Below, in pieces: positions 35,871 to 50,937 of a stretch of 64,000 bases of DNA. Under the pieces are notes generated by a model that saw only the letters and a list, made by a program, of their open reading frames with translations, was not told the origin of the DNA and did no database searches. The stretch is from Chrysomallon squamiferum. Its lineage: Eukaryota; Animalia; Mollusca. The stretch covers positions 10,292,001 through 10,356,000 of the forward strand of contig CM022675.1 in assembly GCA_012295275.1 (NCBI GenBank), in the 5' to 3' direction. Position 1 is the first letter of the stretch; each line of letters starts with the position of its first letter. A program made the position numbers and the translations under genes.

Positions 35871-38800
35871 CTGTATGTTTGTATGTATGTATGTTATTTT
35901 TTAATCATTTCTTTGCAGTATTTTGTTACTAAAAATGAATCAGCCATTATTGCATTTGCTGTTGGAGGAAAATATGAACCTGGAAATCCATTTAGTATTG
36001 TCGGAGCCCATACAGATAGTCCCTGTTTGAGGGTAAGAAAATAAGCAGGTGAAGAAAGAAAAATCATATTTTAAAGTAACCAGTTTTTACTTAAAATTTA
36101 TTTTTGAATACTTTCACATGATTGCTTTGTTTTTTGTTAACCTATAAACAAAAAAACCCTATTTTAAAAAAAAAGATATTTTGTACATTTTCAAAAAAAA
36201 ACCCTAGTCTATCTGTATTGGTTTATTTTAAATTATCATGTAAATAAACAATAAATATTTTTTATACTTCCAAGTAACTATTCTGCAAGTATTTGTTTCT
36301 TGTTGAGATGGAACTAATAACCTAAATTTATTGTTTATACTTTATAATGACTGTGATGATTCTTGTTAAATTGTATTACAGAAGCATGAACAGAAAACTT
36401 TATAAAAAAAAAAAATATATATATATTATTTGATTATTATTCAGTTTTTAATAAATAACAAAATTTATGTAGCTGATAAGGTAGTTAAAAATCTAATAAA
36501 GTAAGGAGCCTCAGAAAATCATACATTTTGAAATTTGATTTTTTTTTTTTAATGATATGATTCTTTGATAGAAATATAAATGGTCTTTTGACTGTAGACA
36601 TCTCTGTTTTTTTAAAATGGCAACAATTGGAACCATCAGCAATAGCTTGTAATTTCAACAGTTCTTTTAATTTAATTAGTTATATTTATGACTGTGTTTT
36701 AAGGAACTGTTTCTGTATTTTTAGGTCAAGCCCAGATCTGCAGGTGTGAAAAGTGGATTTTGTATGGTTGGCGTGGAAACGTATGGTGGTGGAACATGGC
36801 ACACTTGGTTTGACCGAGATCTCACAATAGCTGGGCGTGTCCTTGTCAAGGTCATTTGTAGTTAATGTTGAAAAAATAGAACTTTTATTTACATTTAATG
36901 TTATTTGGAATTCTGTTGTTGTATGAATCATCTGTTATCTTTTATTACTTTGGTTCATGTAACCTAATGCAAGACCTTTTCACCCAGTCTTGTTGTCCTT
37001 GTTCAAAACATCTGTTATGTTATGACAGATTCAGGTAACATGGATTGCACTGTAGTTGAAAAAATATTTTCTGGATAAGGCCACAGAAGTGAAATTTGCA
37101 TCAGAGTAAGTGGTGTGTGGGGTTTTGGGCTTATTTTAAAATGTTTTTGTTATTCATTTTTCGATCACCAACCTGAGATGTTCAGTGATATGACAATGTT
37201 CGAAAGAAATTATTGGTTACATCTTTGTAAAATTTACATCTGTTTGACTATGGCCCATTTCGGTCTGTATTCTGTAACTGACTGTCAAAGATTATCAAGT
37301 CATGATTACTGTGGAAAACTATTTAGAGGTTTCCTTTCTGTCAGTTAACATGATTATCTCATATGATTGCAGTAGTTTTCTCTCTCAACATGTCGTAATA
37401 AATTAACACATTTGACCCACTGCAACTGTCATGGTAATATCATTATTATTATTATTATTTTTTTTTTTAACTTCAAACAGTCTATATGGCTCACTGTTGA
37501 AGTCTAGACCTGAGGCATTGTACATAGCAGAAATCTCCTTATTACAAATACTGATCTTTTTTCATGTTTCAAACTCTGCTCAGATATTTTGTTTTTATAA
37601 CAGGCCTCTATATTAAAGATGGATATAAAATATCCCTTGTTTTGTCAGTAATAATATCTTAAACATTGGCTGTATGCTGTTAGAATTGTTTCTATAAAAC
37701 CCCCAAAAATTATATTTCTTAAACATGATAAAACATATTGAAGCTATATTAGATATTTACTCTCCTGGTTTGAATATTTTTTCTGTCTAGAATGGAGACA
37801 AGATTGATCATAGACTGGTCCATGTCCAGCAACCGATTCTTCGAATACCAAACATTGCCATCCATTTTCAGCGAGACATGAATGAGAAGTTTTCACCAAA
37901 CAAAGAAACACATTTGTGAGTGAATAATAGTTATTTATTTTACTTAAAATCTGTGTATTTTATTAAAATTATTGTTGAATTTGTTAAATTAAAAAAAAAA
38001 ATTATAATAATAAAAAAATAAGAACGTATAATTATAAAATGTCTGGATGATTAAAACATTTGTATATGAAAGTGTTAACTTACACCATGAATAGTAAAAT
38101 TTATTTTATAGTTTATTTATAGACAGTCTTAATTCAGATTTTTTATTTATTTTATTTAAAGGATTATTTGTGGTGATGTCATTAATAAAATATGTATATA
38201 TATATCTATCTATAAAACAATACATTTCATATATTTTGAGACTTTTGGATTTAAATATTATCTGTGGTCATTTGATATAAAAAAACAACAACAAAAAAAC
38301 CTCCAAAAACAAAAGGTGGTACATTTCATACATTTTAAAGCTCAGTTTTAGAGACTTCAGGATTCCATGCTTTGAAACAGTCATTTGAAAGGTGTACATG
38401 ATGTGTTTCATCGTTGGGTTAATGCTTTAAGCACACTTAATTCTTTGCCGTTTTAACAGTGTATTCCAGATTAGTTTTCTTTCTGCAGATGTCCAGTCCT
38501 GGCAACAGTAGTTCAGGCTGAATTGCAGGGCGACACAAAGCCTGAATCCGAGACCAAATCAGCAGAAAATCCAACATGTCGAGTAAATTTCTTTTTCAAA
38601 ACTTGAAATAACATGACCTCGTAGTTTTAACAGATAATTCATTCTATTTTATCATCATAATTGGTTCAAGATAACAGTTAATAACACGAAGGTCTACTCC
38701 TTCCTTTTTCAAAGCTGCTTTTACCCATTCCACCCAGAGTCCCAGTTCATTTTCAAGTCCCTGATGCATACTTTAGGATACTTTACTAATGTGGATAAAA

Positions 38801-40189
38801 TATATCTATTACCTGTGAGAAGGTATTTATTAAAAAAAAATCTCTTGCTACTAACTGGTAAGAGTAACCCATAGATTGGTTACAGATGGTTTCCTCTCTC
38901 TTACTATTATAGAAAATCCATGTTTTTAAACATTAATAATAAAATGTTAAATATTCCTTAATTTATTTAACTATGTATTATTACTGTTTTATTTTTGTAT
39001 TTATTTATTTATTTTTTTTTTTTTCACAGGCTGACAGTCATCATCCAACACTAATTCGACTTTTATGTGAAGAACTGAAAGTGAAGCCTGAACAAATTTT
39101 AGACTTTGAGCTTTGTGTGGTAGATACCCAACCAGCTGTGTGTATTTTTTAATTCCATTTTTCATTCTAATACGAGCCATAAATAGCCTCATAATATTAC
39201 AAATACTTCTAAATGATTGTTTCATTTGTTACCTGAGGACATCCTTAACTGATAATTAAGCATGATAATGAAAAATAATTCAAACAGGATCTCATGATAT
39301 TTGTTTTTTTTCTTGACCTTTTTTTCATACAATCAAACTCAAGAAAAAACAACAGCAACAAGAAATCCCCTGACATACAAAAAAAAAAAAAAAGTAAAAA
39401 ATGTATAAAGTCTGTATGCTAACAAGTAATTGTTTCAGTCATTCTTGTTATAATAAATGATGATAAATACCTCACAAGTGATTGGTTAAGCCATTCTGAT
39501 AAAAATAATTTATGATAATTAGCTACCACCACGTGATTGACTCAGCTCATCTAATTATAATAATTTATGATAATTACCTACCAACATGTGATTGACTCAG
39601 CTCTTCTAATTATAATAATTTATGATAATTAGCTACCACCACGTGATTGACTCAGCTCTTCTAATTATAATAATTTATGATAATTATCTGGCAGGCCACC
39701 ACCACCACGTGATTGACTCAGCTCTTCTAATTATAATAATTTATGATAATTAGCTACCACCACGTGATTAACTCAGCTCTTCTAATTATAACAATTTATG
39801 ATAATTATCTGGCAGGTGATTGGTGGAGCCCTCCAAGAGTTTATCTTTTCTCCCCGCCTCGACAACTTGATGAATGCATATACTGCTTCCATTGCACTCA
39901 TTGAATCCTGTGATAATGACACCTTGTCGAATGACACAAATGTCAGAATGATTAGTTTGTTCGATAATGAAGAGGTGATGTTAATATTTTGAATACTTAC
40001 TGTTGTCATTGATGACAAAACTTGGGGATATGGTAGATTATTATTACACAAGAAATTTTTGTAGTGATAATTCTTGTTAAATAGTTTTATACTGATTATT
40101 ATTCTTTTTATAGACTGCTATTTAAGTTATAATACACATTATAGTTTACTTAGCTTAATATTTTATGTATGTGTGTATAAATAGATGTG

Positions 40190-40237
<48 letters not shown>

Positions 40238-43200
40238 GACACACATATACATAAAATATGAATCTAAGTAAACTGTATATATATATATTTGTTTATATAT
40301 ATATATATAAATATGTGTTTGTGTATGTAGTTTATCTTGAGTTTTTTTAATATTACAGTTCAGCTTAATTAAGATTTGTACCCTGACTGTTGCAATTTAC
40401 CTAAACTAGTATTAACATACTGATTATAGCAGTTTAGTTAGACTAGTATATTTTATACTGACTGAAACTGATTACCTAACCTAGTACAGTTTATACTATA
40501 ACAGTTTAATAGACTAGTAATTTTTTAATACCACTTATCTGTTCTAGTACTTTTTTTTTTAGTATCACATTAAGACAAGTTGGTGTTTTTCACTTTTACA
40601 GGTTGGCTCCTCCAGTGCCCAAGGAGCGGATTCCACATTTCAGGAGCTGGTGTTAAGGAGAATCAGCGCCAGTCCAACCAACCACACAGCATTTGAAGAA
40701 TCGATTGGTGGCTCCTACATGATCAGTGCCGATCAGGCCCACGCCGTCCATCCTAACTACTCGTGAGTCAGCATTTTGTACGTTTTTATACAAACTTGTG
40801 AGTGTTTTGTGACAAGAGAGTTTCAGTTAACTACTCGTGAGTCAGCGTTTTGTACGTTTTTATACAAACTTGTGAGTGTTTTGTAACAAGAGAGTTTCAG
40901 TGAACTACTGGTGAGTCAGCGTTTTGTACGTTTTTATACAAACTTGTGAGTGTTTTGTAACAAGAGAGTTTCAGTTAACCTGAGCACCAGGTGTTAAAAT
41001 AACAGACTGGATAATTATAATGATTAAATACAAATTTTCAGACTTTTATGTAACTGTTTTTGATAATGTTAATTTTGGTTAATCAGATTACCAGTATTAA
41101 AATACTAGATTGGCTAATACTAGAAATAACTTTCTGTAACAATCAGTACAAATAGGTGAAGGCATCTTTTGAATTTTTAATGGTGTTTCAGACATGACAT
41201 TGGTTTCATGGGAAAATGGGAGTAAAGGATTTCTTGTTGCTGATAGATTACTGTGGTTTTTTGAGTTACACTAACAAAAGTTGTACATCTACTAACTGTT
41301 TGACAATTAAATGTTATGAGGTGTTGTTCATTTTAGTCTAAGCTTTTTCTGACATTGAACGAAAGGATAAGTTATGTTAATAAGGGAAACTACACATCCT
41401 TTTTTATTATTTTTTATTTATTTAAAAAAAAAAAGGCAAAATAAGGAACAGAAATTTATATCTAATATAATTTTATTTTTTTTCTATTTCAGAGAAAAAC
41501 ACGAATCTAACCATCAGCCTGCCTTTCACAAGGTACTTTGACCAACACTTTTCTACTTGTGGTTAAGAAAATTCAGTGTATTTAAACAGAACCTTTCTTT
41601 GCTAGACTCCTCAATTATTAAACTGAATTATAGGATGTAAATATCTGAATGATCATCGAAAATATGTGCAAAAAAAATAGACAAAAAACAAACATGTTTT
41701 GTTTTCTTCATCTTCCCTGTACCCAGTTTCAGCTTATTAGACACGCTTAATTAAATACTTCTTGTTATTTATTATTATTATAATTACTGCTACTATTATT
41801 ACTATTACCACTGTTTTTATTACTTCTCCACATTGCTGTTTCTATTGTTAATGTGTGCAGTAAAAGACTATTTAAATGTTACAGGGAATTGTTATCAAAG
41901 TGAACTCCAATCAGCGATATGCTACAACTGCAATCACATCAACAATACTGAAAGAGATTGCCAAGAAAGTGGATGCACCATTACAGGTTTGATATTATCA
42001 AATATTTCAAATATGCTTGTATGAACAGTTTGGTCTGTTTTAAAGTTTTAAATAAAATGACATTAAAATGAACTTACATTTGAATCAACTGGAAATAAAT
42101 TAAATGATTTTTTTAATTCAAAGGTAAATTATGTCAGAAAATAAAATTTATTTATTTTGTGTGTGTGTGGTTCTCACACATTTTAGGAAAGATCATCAAC
42201 TTCAAAAAGAATTTCCAAACACTAATGGAATGGTAGAGTTATTTATCATCTACAATGTGAAATTTGTTAAGATCATTTAAAAAAATCAAAATAAACAATG
42301 AAACATTATGAAAAAAGAATTATTTTTCTTACGGGGCCAGTAACACTTGATCTGTGCAAGTACAGCTTATTCTTATCACATGAAAAATTTATGAATTATG
42401 TATTTGAAAAAAAAAAAAAAATAACATAAAAAGCTTTTATAAATTTTGATAATTTCAGGAGGTGGTGGTGAGGAATGATTCCGCTTGTGGATCCACTATA
42501 GGGCCAATCATGTCCTCCAAACTGGGAATGAGGACCATTGATGTGGGAGGAGCCCAGCTGAGCATGCACTCGATTCGAGAGATGTGTTGTACAAGCAGTG
42601 TGCAGCAGGCTATCACTCTCTACAAGGTGACACTGCTTTGTAATGTGCCATGGGTTGCTAGGTCAATTCTCATCATTGGGTATATTTAGTTATTTCTAAT
42701 GTGCCATGGGTTGATAGGTCAATTCTCATCATTGGGTATATCTTGTTATTTCTAATGTGCCATGGGTTGCTAGATCAATTCTCATCATTGGGTATATTTA
42801 GTTATTTCTAATGTGCCATGGGTTGATAGGTCAATTCTCATCATTGGGTATATTTAGTTATTTCTAATGTGCCATGGGTTGCTAGATCAGTTCTCATCAT
42901 TGGGTATATTTAGTTATTTCTAATGTGTCATTGATTGCAAGATCAATTCTCATCATTGGGTATATTTAGTTATTTCTAATGTGTCATTGATTGCAAGATC
43001 AATTCTCATCATTGGGTATATTTAGTTATTTTTTCATGGGTTGCTAGATCAGTTCTCACATGGATGGGTTGCAAGATCAATTCTCATCATTGGGTATATT
43101 TAGTTATTGCTAATGTGCCATGGGTTGCTAGATCAATTCTCATCATTGGGTATATCTTGTTATTTTTAATATGACATGGATAGCAAGATTAATTCTCCTT

Positions 43201-43619
43201 AATGTACATTAGGTCCATTTGCGATGGGTTGTTAGATCGGTTGTCGTCTTTTTTGTTGTATACTCTGAGTTATTTATAATGTACCATGGGTTGCAGGATC
43301 AGCTCAACTCAATGCTGTGGTTGAGTTGTGAAGAGCTATGTTATGTGTTATTTTTTTATTTTATTGCTGTAAATTGTGTTTAGAGTATTAAAGTTGAATG
43401 TCAGTTTATGTTAAAAAAAGAACACATACAAAAAAAGCAAGTGTTTTAACTCGTTGCATTTTAAAGCAGTTACTTCTATTGCACATATCTTATTTGTATA
43501 ACCCTTATGTAGTACTGTCACAATTTATTTTTATTTTTATGAGAATTTAAACATGTATTTTTTAATTTCAGGCTTTCTTCGAACTGTATCCAGAGGTTTC
43601 TGCATCACTTACTTTTTGA
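34225..43619 (+). CDS. DNPEP: Aspartyl aminopeptidase (peptidase family M18), 471 aa
   Basis: 14 phase-consistent exons totalling 1416 nt: 34225-34227 (ATG only), 34661-34739, 35280-35368, 35919-36032, 36725-36850, 37791-37915, 38489-38582, 39030-39137, 39816-39974, 40602-40762, 41493-41532, 41885-41986, 42459-42626, 43572-43619. Motifs: [94 protein letters not shown]. Confidence 0.97.
35716..35763 (+). pseudogene. Partial duplicate of DNPEP exon 4, including its acceptor
   Basis: TGCAG|[16 protein letters not shown], compared with the true exon TGCAG|[16 protein letters not shown] 203 bp downstream. Confidence 0.8.
39503..39815. repeat. 55-bp tandem repeat ending at the DNPEP exon 9 acceptor
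   Basis: ATAATTTATGATAATTAGCTACCACCACGTGATTGACTCAGCTCTTCTAATT occurs ~5.5 times. One unit carries a second ATCTGGCAG acceptor at ~39694. Confidence 0.92.
40755..40980. repeat. 74-bp tandem repeat x3 starting at the DNPEP exon 10 donor
   Basis: AACTACT(C/G)|GTGAGTCAGC recurs with its GT at 40763, 40837 and 40911. Confidence 0.93.
42641..43170. repeat. 56-bp tandem repeat (~9 copies) just after the DNPEP exon 13 donor
   Basis: AATGTGCCATGGGTTG...CAATTCTCATCATTGGGTATATTTAGTTATTTCT at 42642, 42698, 42754, 42810, 42866 and onward. Confidence 0.93.
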
Positions 43620-44890
43620 AGACATTTTACAGACTTAATTAAACTCCACATTATGATGCATAAATTCTGAGTTTAAAAATCAAATTCTATACCAGTTTTG
43701 TTGATACTTACACCGATTTATTTTTATTATAATTCTTTAACATATTTTTTATAAATATATATTCTGTGTGTCCATGTTTGAAATAATATTGTTTTCTACA
43801 ACTTCTATTATCTGCGTAGGTTTTCTTTGTTCAAAGCTGATGAATTTGAACAAAACACAGATAAACATTGGAAAAATAAACAGTTAATTGAAAAAAAAAC
43901 ACAAGAGAAATAAATTGTGCACCAAGTTTTAAAAAACTAATTCCGTGTGTATTCTAACTAGCTTTAAGAATAAATTGCCATTAATAATTTTGGTAAATGA
44001 TACAATAAAAAAAATAAATGAATTTTTTTGTGTTTTTTGTCCATATATTTTAAAATAAATTCTGCAAGTGAATTTCAGTTGAATGGATTTTTTATTCAAA
44101 ATTTTAAACAAAAAAGACAACAAATATTATGTAATCAAAAATGTTTATTTTTGTACTTTTTTTTTTCATAGCTTTTAATTATTCAATAAACCAGAACCAT
44201 GTCGCAGACATATATTTTCATAAAATCCTGTAAAATGAGAGTAAAATAATCTAATTTTACTAAAGCACAATTATTCTGTGGACATCATTTTCATTTTGTT
44301 TTCATTTTGTTTCCATTTTTATACAATTTTATTTTCTGGGGAAAAACACAGATAAACTGTTCTTTTTAAATTAATAGATGAACTATATGTGGAACACATT
44401 AAAATTGGTTTTTACTTTCAAATACTGAAATTTCCAGTATGAAGTAGAAATAGGCAAACAGACCAGAATGTACAAAAATAAGTATTAAAAAATGGCCAGA
44501 AAGGACAAGGCTTGTGTGTGAGAATTATCTCAATCATGAAACTGAACATGGCTGTGATTCAATGAAAGTCCCATTATTAAGCGATAATTCTTTAGCCATG
44601 TTCTTGTTAAAATGGGACCAAATGTAGCAAAGTCCATAATCACATTATATTTAAAGTAATTTTTTGTAGGGTACACATCCCAGAAAGGTCAGATGTATTT
44701 TCTCTCAAGGATTCTTTCAACCAAATTTTGTATGATATTTCATAATTTCTAAATTTTGATTTGATTAAATGCTGATTACTTTCATATAAATAAATGCATG
44801 ATGTTTTCGTAATATCTTGAACTAGATTTTCATTTTTCAGCGTTTTTTTAAAAAATAACCTGGATTTGTCACAGTCAAGTAATAAAATAA

Positions 44891-47800
44891 TTATGGTGTA
44901 AGTCTCTTTGGGTCACGTGGGAACATCGATGTTTTTCTGACGTTGTCAAGGCCAAGGTACAACATCGTCACACGTTCCATTCCTGAAAAAAAATATAAAC
45001 AATAAATATAGAAGTAAATATAAAAATATGAAAGGCTTATTTATTAAACTTGTTTCTTCATTTTCAGAAAAGCTCAAATTATCTGTATATCAATTTTAAT
45101 CTGTCAGTTTTAGATTTCAATCCATGTTTTTGGTTGTACTTTTTTTTTTTTGTAATGTTACCTTCCTCTGAAGAAATTGGAAAGTGAAAACAGTTTAAAA
45201 TCTCAATAATTTTAATTATAATCATTTCCTTTTCTTTAAATTTTTCATCTGTGTTTATCGTTTTTCTAGAGGAATTAATTCTCCTCTGCCATAAAGGATT
45301 CTTTTATAATTCTTTTTACCATTTTGAAAATCTGAAGTTTCTGTTTAAATTCATATTACAAACAAGATTATTTTACATTTGGCAAGTCTGCTATACACAG
45401 AGCAACAGAGCCAGACACTTACATGTTCAGATACAATTTGTTTTATCTCTTAAATGTTTTTTTAATACTAGTAAGATATTCTCTGCATTAACTTTACGAG
45501 TTAAAAACCTACCAATCCCACCACCAGCATGTGGAGGTGCTCCATACTTGAATGCATCGATGTATCCCTTTATCTTCTCTGTATCTGTAAACACATAAAA
45601 TATTTAATAAACACTTGTTTAACTGCAACAGTTTATAAAACCTCCACTGAGAGGAACTGAACCAGAGTGAGAATCTTTTGTTATTAGATGTTGCCTGAAA
45701 TAATAGTTTATCCAATCAGTTATATAACTGTAACAACCATCAAGATCTTTTCATAATTTAAAGGCAAATTTGTTTATTATCCTTACAGATTTTTTTGCAA
45801 ATGACATACTATTCACACAGATTTTAAACACTATTAATCCAACAGTCACATAACTCATACACTAGTTTTCATATTTTGATGCAAACTTTGTGTTACTGTT
45901 ACATATTTTTTATACTTTTAATAAAAACGTCCTATTATTCTTACATTCTACGTAAACATAATGTTATTCCACCAAGTTCAACAACCTTCTTACCTGTCTT
46001 TGTATGTGAGGAAGTAACCTTTTCAACTTACATTATCCCAGATGCCAAAAATAAAACCATTCTTCTCAACATTGAAAGCTTTTCCTTAGTCTCAGACAGC
46101 AATGGGTACTTCATACCCTGCAGAAACTGGTTAATTAATGACTTACCTATTTCATGAAGTTTGGCTCTTTCAAGCAGGAATTCTGGATCGTGGATTCTCT
46201 GAGCTCCCGACAAAATTTCCTCACCACGCATAAACATGTCATAAGAATTGGACCATTTCTAGAATGGGAAGAAAAAGATAATATTAATACAGACTTGCAC
46301 ATATATATATTTTGTTAAATGTGTACAATAATTAGCATCCATCAGCTAAAATGAAGATATGCAAGATTTATTTATTTTTCAAAATTCGTAATATTTTTTT
46401 TATTAAACAAGATGCATTTACTCTTTAGCATAAATCACAGCTAGTAATGAAATATCTATAAATATAAATTTGTGAAAAATAAATATTTCATTCAAGTTAT
46501 CAATCCGTGCTTCCTTTTTCTTTCTTCTACATATGTTCATAAAGTTAGTTCAAATGATTATAATGAACAGTTTTTATTTGACTTAAGAGAAAGTACATAC
46601 GTACTTCATTTTTGGGGTCTGGCATTGTGTAGAATGGACGTACAGACAATGGGAATTTGTCCAGAATAAAGAAGTCTGTATCATACTGAAAATAAAATAA
46701 ATAATTGAAAATATTAAATAACAAGTTTGAAATATAAAGTTCAAATAAATCCAGAAACAAAGTCAAAAATTCTATAAATAATTTTTAAGACAATAAAAAA
46801 TAATAAAGACTAATAAAGAGTCTAATATGAAAAAGAATATTATTAAAGTACTCAAATAATACATCATTGATATCACTAAATAAAAATCTTTAAATATTAT
46901 GAAAAAAACAAATAGACACCAATGAACATATATGCACATAAAGAGTAAAATATACTAATAAGATGCTTAACTTAAACTGTCAATTAAACTATTTTATTTT
47001 AAATTGTGAGGATACAAGAACCATAACTCTGACAATATTAATTTTCACTGAGCACAATACATTATTTCAGCTATTGGATGTCAAACAATGATAAATATAC
47101 AAATACAAGATTTATCTCAAACAATACCAAAAAGCATATTTACTGCTAACTAAATTACACTTTAATATGTAATAATGACCAAATTTAATTTTTTTAATTT
47201 TTAAGTTATGAAATTTTCTGATTATTTCTTCAAAATTTTTGTTAGTAAATTTTAATTTTTAATTTTTCTTTAACCTTTGCTTTGACGAGTCTGCCCAGCA
47301 GTTTTTCTGCAGGTGTACTCAGGTCATCTCCCTCCTCCATCTCTACCCCTGCCTCTTTTAACATAAGCACACCCTCCCGATAGTCAAGTCTCAAACTGAA
47401 ATAACAAAATACCAGTGTAATGCATTCATGTCATGTGAATACAAAAAAAATAATAATTTTAATTATCATGCAAACTGTCATCTTCAACATGACAAAATAT
47501 TCATGTGAAGTGAAAAAGTAATATGAAAATATACAATATATATATATATATATCTTTTTGCTATTCATATAATCTTGAAAAATATGTTTTTGCATTTAAT
47601 CAGATTTTGAAAAAAATAAAGTTAATTAATAAAATTTAAATGGAATATTACTTAATGTTTGTTTTATATTTTGTTGATAGTTTAAATTAAAAATCATAAT
47701 AAATAAATAAATATGGGGCAGTGTGAAAATAAACCAAAAATAAAGGTTTATGATTTATTTAGCTTCGTAATAATACAATTCTGAGATACAAATCCACTGC

Positions 47801-49592
47801 CTAATAAATACAACAAAAACATAATTTAAAAAAAAAAGTCTTGTTTAATAATAAAATACCTGGGTTCCAGAAATTTAAAAGGTTCTGCTGGATACTGCTT
47901 GTGGACAATAGCAATTTCTTCTGCAAAGCTGAAAACAAATAATTAAAAAAAAACTATTATTTTACATCGGTATGACCCAGTAATGATTCCTGAAAAGCTC
48001 TGAATATTTTAATTTACCAAACAATAGCAAAAAATGTATTTCTATATTTATCTGGATGAATGTCTACACCTCATTTAAAAGATTTTTGGATTAGATAATC
48101 AAAAATTGCTATGGAGGACTATGAACTTTTAAATGCACCATTTTGATGATGAACCACTTATGAAATTAAGAATCACCAACACCATTATAAAATATTATAA
48201 CATCTAAGTTGCATTTTCTTCACCTGAAGAAAAATAGCATTACAAATCTTTTTCATTCTTCCAACTGCTTTGTATAGAATTTTGTTCCTGTGTATTTTAT
48301 AAATCTATGTAATTATTGTTAATTTCAACATTAAATTTTAATCTTTCAATTTCTCCACATACTTTTCTTGAAGCCCCTTGAAGATGGCAATGAACATGTT
48401 TCCAATCAGGTCAACAACCTCGTGGTAGTGGTAGTTGAAGGCCATTTCAAGGTCAAGACCAACAAATTCAGTTAAATGGCGATGTGTGTTGGAGTCTTCT
48501 GCTCTGAATACTATTAAAAATAAAATTGTCAAAAATGAGATGTTTTACCAATAAAATCCAAACATAATAAATAATATATGAGATTTTACTAACCGTATTA
48601 TAAAATATTTGCTAGAAACATAAGATTCATGGAAGATTTTTATGGATTTCAACATATTTTTGTTCTACGTTTTGTGCTGTCACAACAGAATGCATACTGT
48701 TACAATAAAACAGAATCTATTAATTCAAATGCATTAAGCTACATCTCAAAATTCAAAAAAATCATAATTTAATGCACTAATTTTAACATTTTTAAAGAAT
48801 TATTAAGAATAAAATTTAACACAAATGTAACAAGTTTCCTTACATTCTCTTCTGACGATCTGTAAAAGATATAACAATGAAAACAGTAAAAGAAATATTT
48901 AAAACAAAACAAACCAGCTCCAACTGTGAAAACTTTGTCCAGGTCACCACAGACTGCCATCTGTTTATACAACTGCGGAGATTGGGCGAGGAAAGCTTTC
49001 GATTTGAAGTATGAAACTTCAAACACATTCGCACCACCTTCAGAAGCAGCTGAAAAATACAACAAACAATTAGAAAATTTAACAGATTTTTAAAACACAA
49101 ATTTATTACCTCCCTCGTAATTATTATTAGTAAATAGAAGTAGCTGTAAGACAAATACAACAAACGATTACAAAACTTAACAGATTTTTGTAACAGAAAT
49201 ATTTGTTACCTCCCTTGTAATTAAATACAACAAACAATTAGAAAACGAAACAGATTTTTGAAACACAAATGTATTACCTCCCTTGTAAATGGAAGTTGAT
49301 ATAAGACAAATACAACAAACAATTAGAAAACTTAACAGATTTTTAAAAACAGGAATATTTATTACCTCCCTTGTTATTATTATTAGTAAATGTAATGAAA
49401 ATATTTTGGAAGAGAAAAATATGTTTAAGGTATGAAACCATATTGTAGTAAAATTCATACTTATGATAGAGACTGAAAGTAAAGTGTATTAATTATTAAG
49501 GGCTTTTATTTGAGTTATTGCATATTCAATTGTTTACATACTGGTTTTACTTTATTATGAATATTTAAATAAGAACATAAATAAATAAATAA

Positions 49593-49631
<39 letters not shown>

Positions 49632-49703
49632 CAACAATAACAAATGATGATATGAAAAAAAAAAAAGAACGTTGTTATGGTAGAAATGAATGTCAGTTTT
49701 CTA

Positions 49704-49768
<65 letters not shown>

Positions 49769-50902
49769 ATTAACTGAATGACTTAGTTACTTACCAGATA
49801 TGATTTTGGGTGTGTGGATCTCAACAAAGCCTTGATTTTCTAAATAATTTCTGAAAAATTTACAAACTCCGGCTTCTACTCGGAACAGAGCCTGATTTGT
49901 CTGCGTTCTTAGATCAATGACACGATTGTCTAGTCTCGTATCCTGGTTCACACGAGCCAGGGCATCCTGGGAAAAATAAAAACAACAAAAAAAAAAAAAA
50001 AAAAAATGAAAGAAAATAAATATAAACAAAATAACTAAAATAATAAGAAGAAGACAATGAAAATAAATGAGTTCTTGTTTACATAAGCAAAACATTTGGG
50101 TGAAATAAAAATAAATAAAAATAACTCATAACCATAAAATTAATTATCTCACTGATGAATTATCATTTATTTACTCCACACTTTAATGGATGATTTGCAT
50201 TATCATTGAAGCAAAACATTTTTTTTTTTAAAACAGATTTCACTATAACATATCACCCAAAAACAGTTGTTTTTTTGTTTTGTTTTTTTAAAAGATGACA
50301 ATAAATTCTTGCTGTTTCCTATTGTAAAATTCTTAAGTCTACTGGAGTTGTGTCCCATTATATTCCCAATATTATGATTCTAAAGTTAAAAACTAAACAG
50401 GGAAACAAAGATTTTTTTTAATTCCCTACACCGATAAACTATTTGATTTGTTTTGCAGTTATTTTCGCTATAACGTTACCAAAATAAAAAAAATTTGTCA
50501 AAACAAAATTTAAAAAAATAAATTCTGTCTATTTTCAGAGTGTTTCATATCCTACTTTGACAAGATTGATAAAATGCATTCATCATTTCTGTTAAATAAA
50601 GTGTTTTGTAAAAGGAAATACTTTCAAACAGATAAATTTCAACCTCAGTTTCTGGACGACTTGCATCTTCTACCTGGAGAGGTAATCTTGGTATAGCAGC
50701 TGAGACAACCCACACCTGAAATAAATGTATGTATTAAAAACAAACATCAAGCAGCATGAATGTGTGTGTGTACTTGTGTTGTGTTTTTTGTTGTTGTGCA
50801 CACTTGGGTTGAATGGGCTGATGCAGCTTTGAAAAGGCTTTCTTCAAATTGGCATTCATACCTTCACAGGATAGAAGTTATATCTTAAGATAGTAACCAG
50901 TT

Positions 50903-50937
<35 letters not shown>

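Noticed and set aside
50530-50592. Box C/D snoRNA candidate in a DARS1 intron (ATGATGA...CTGA, minus strand); similar pair at 39458-39498
   Set aside because: Both are too short (~55 and ~40 nt), with no terminal stem and no clear guide.
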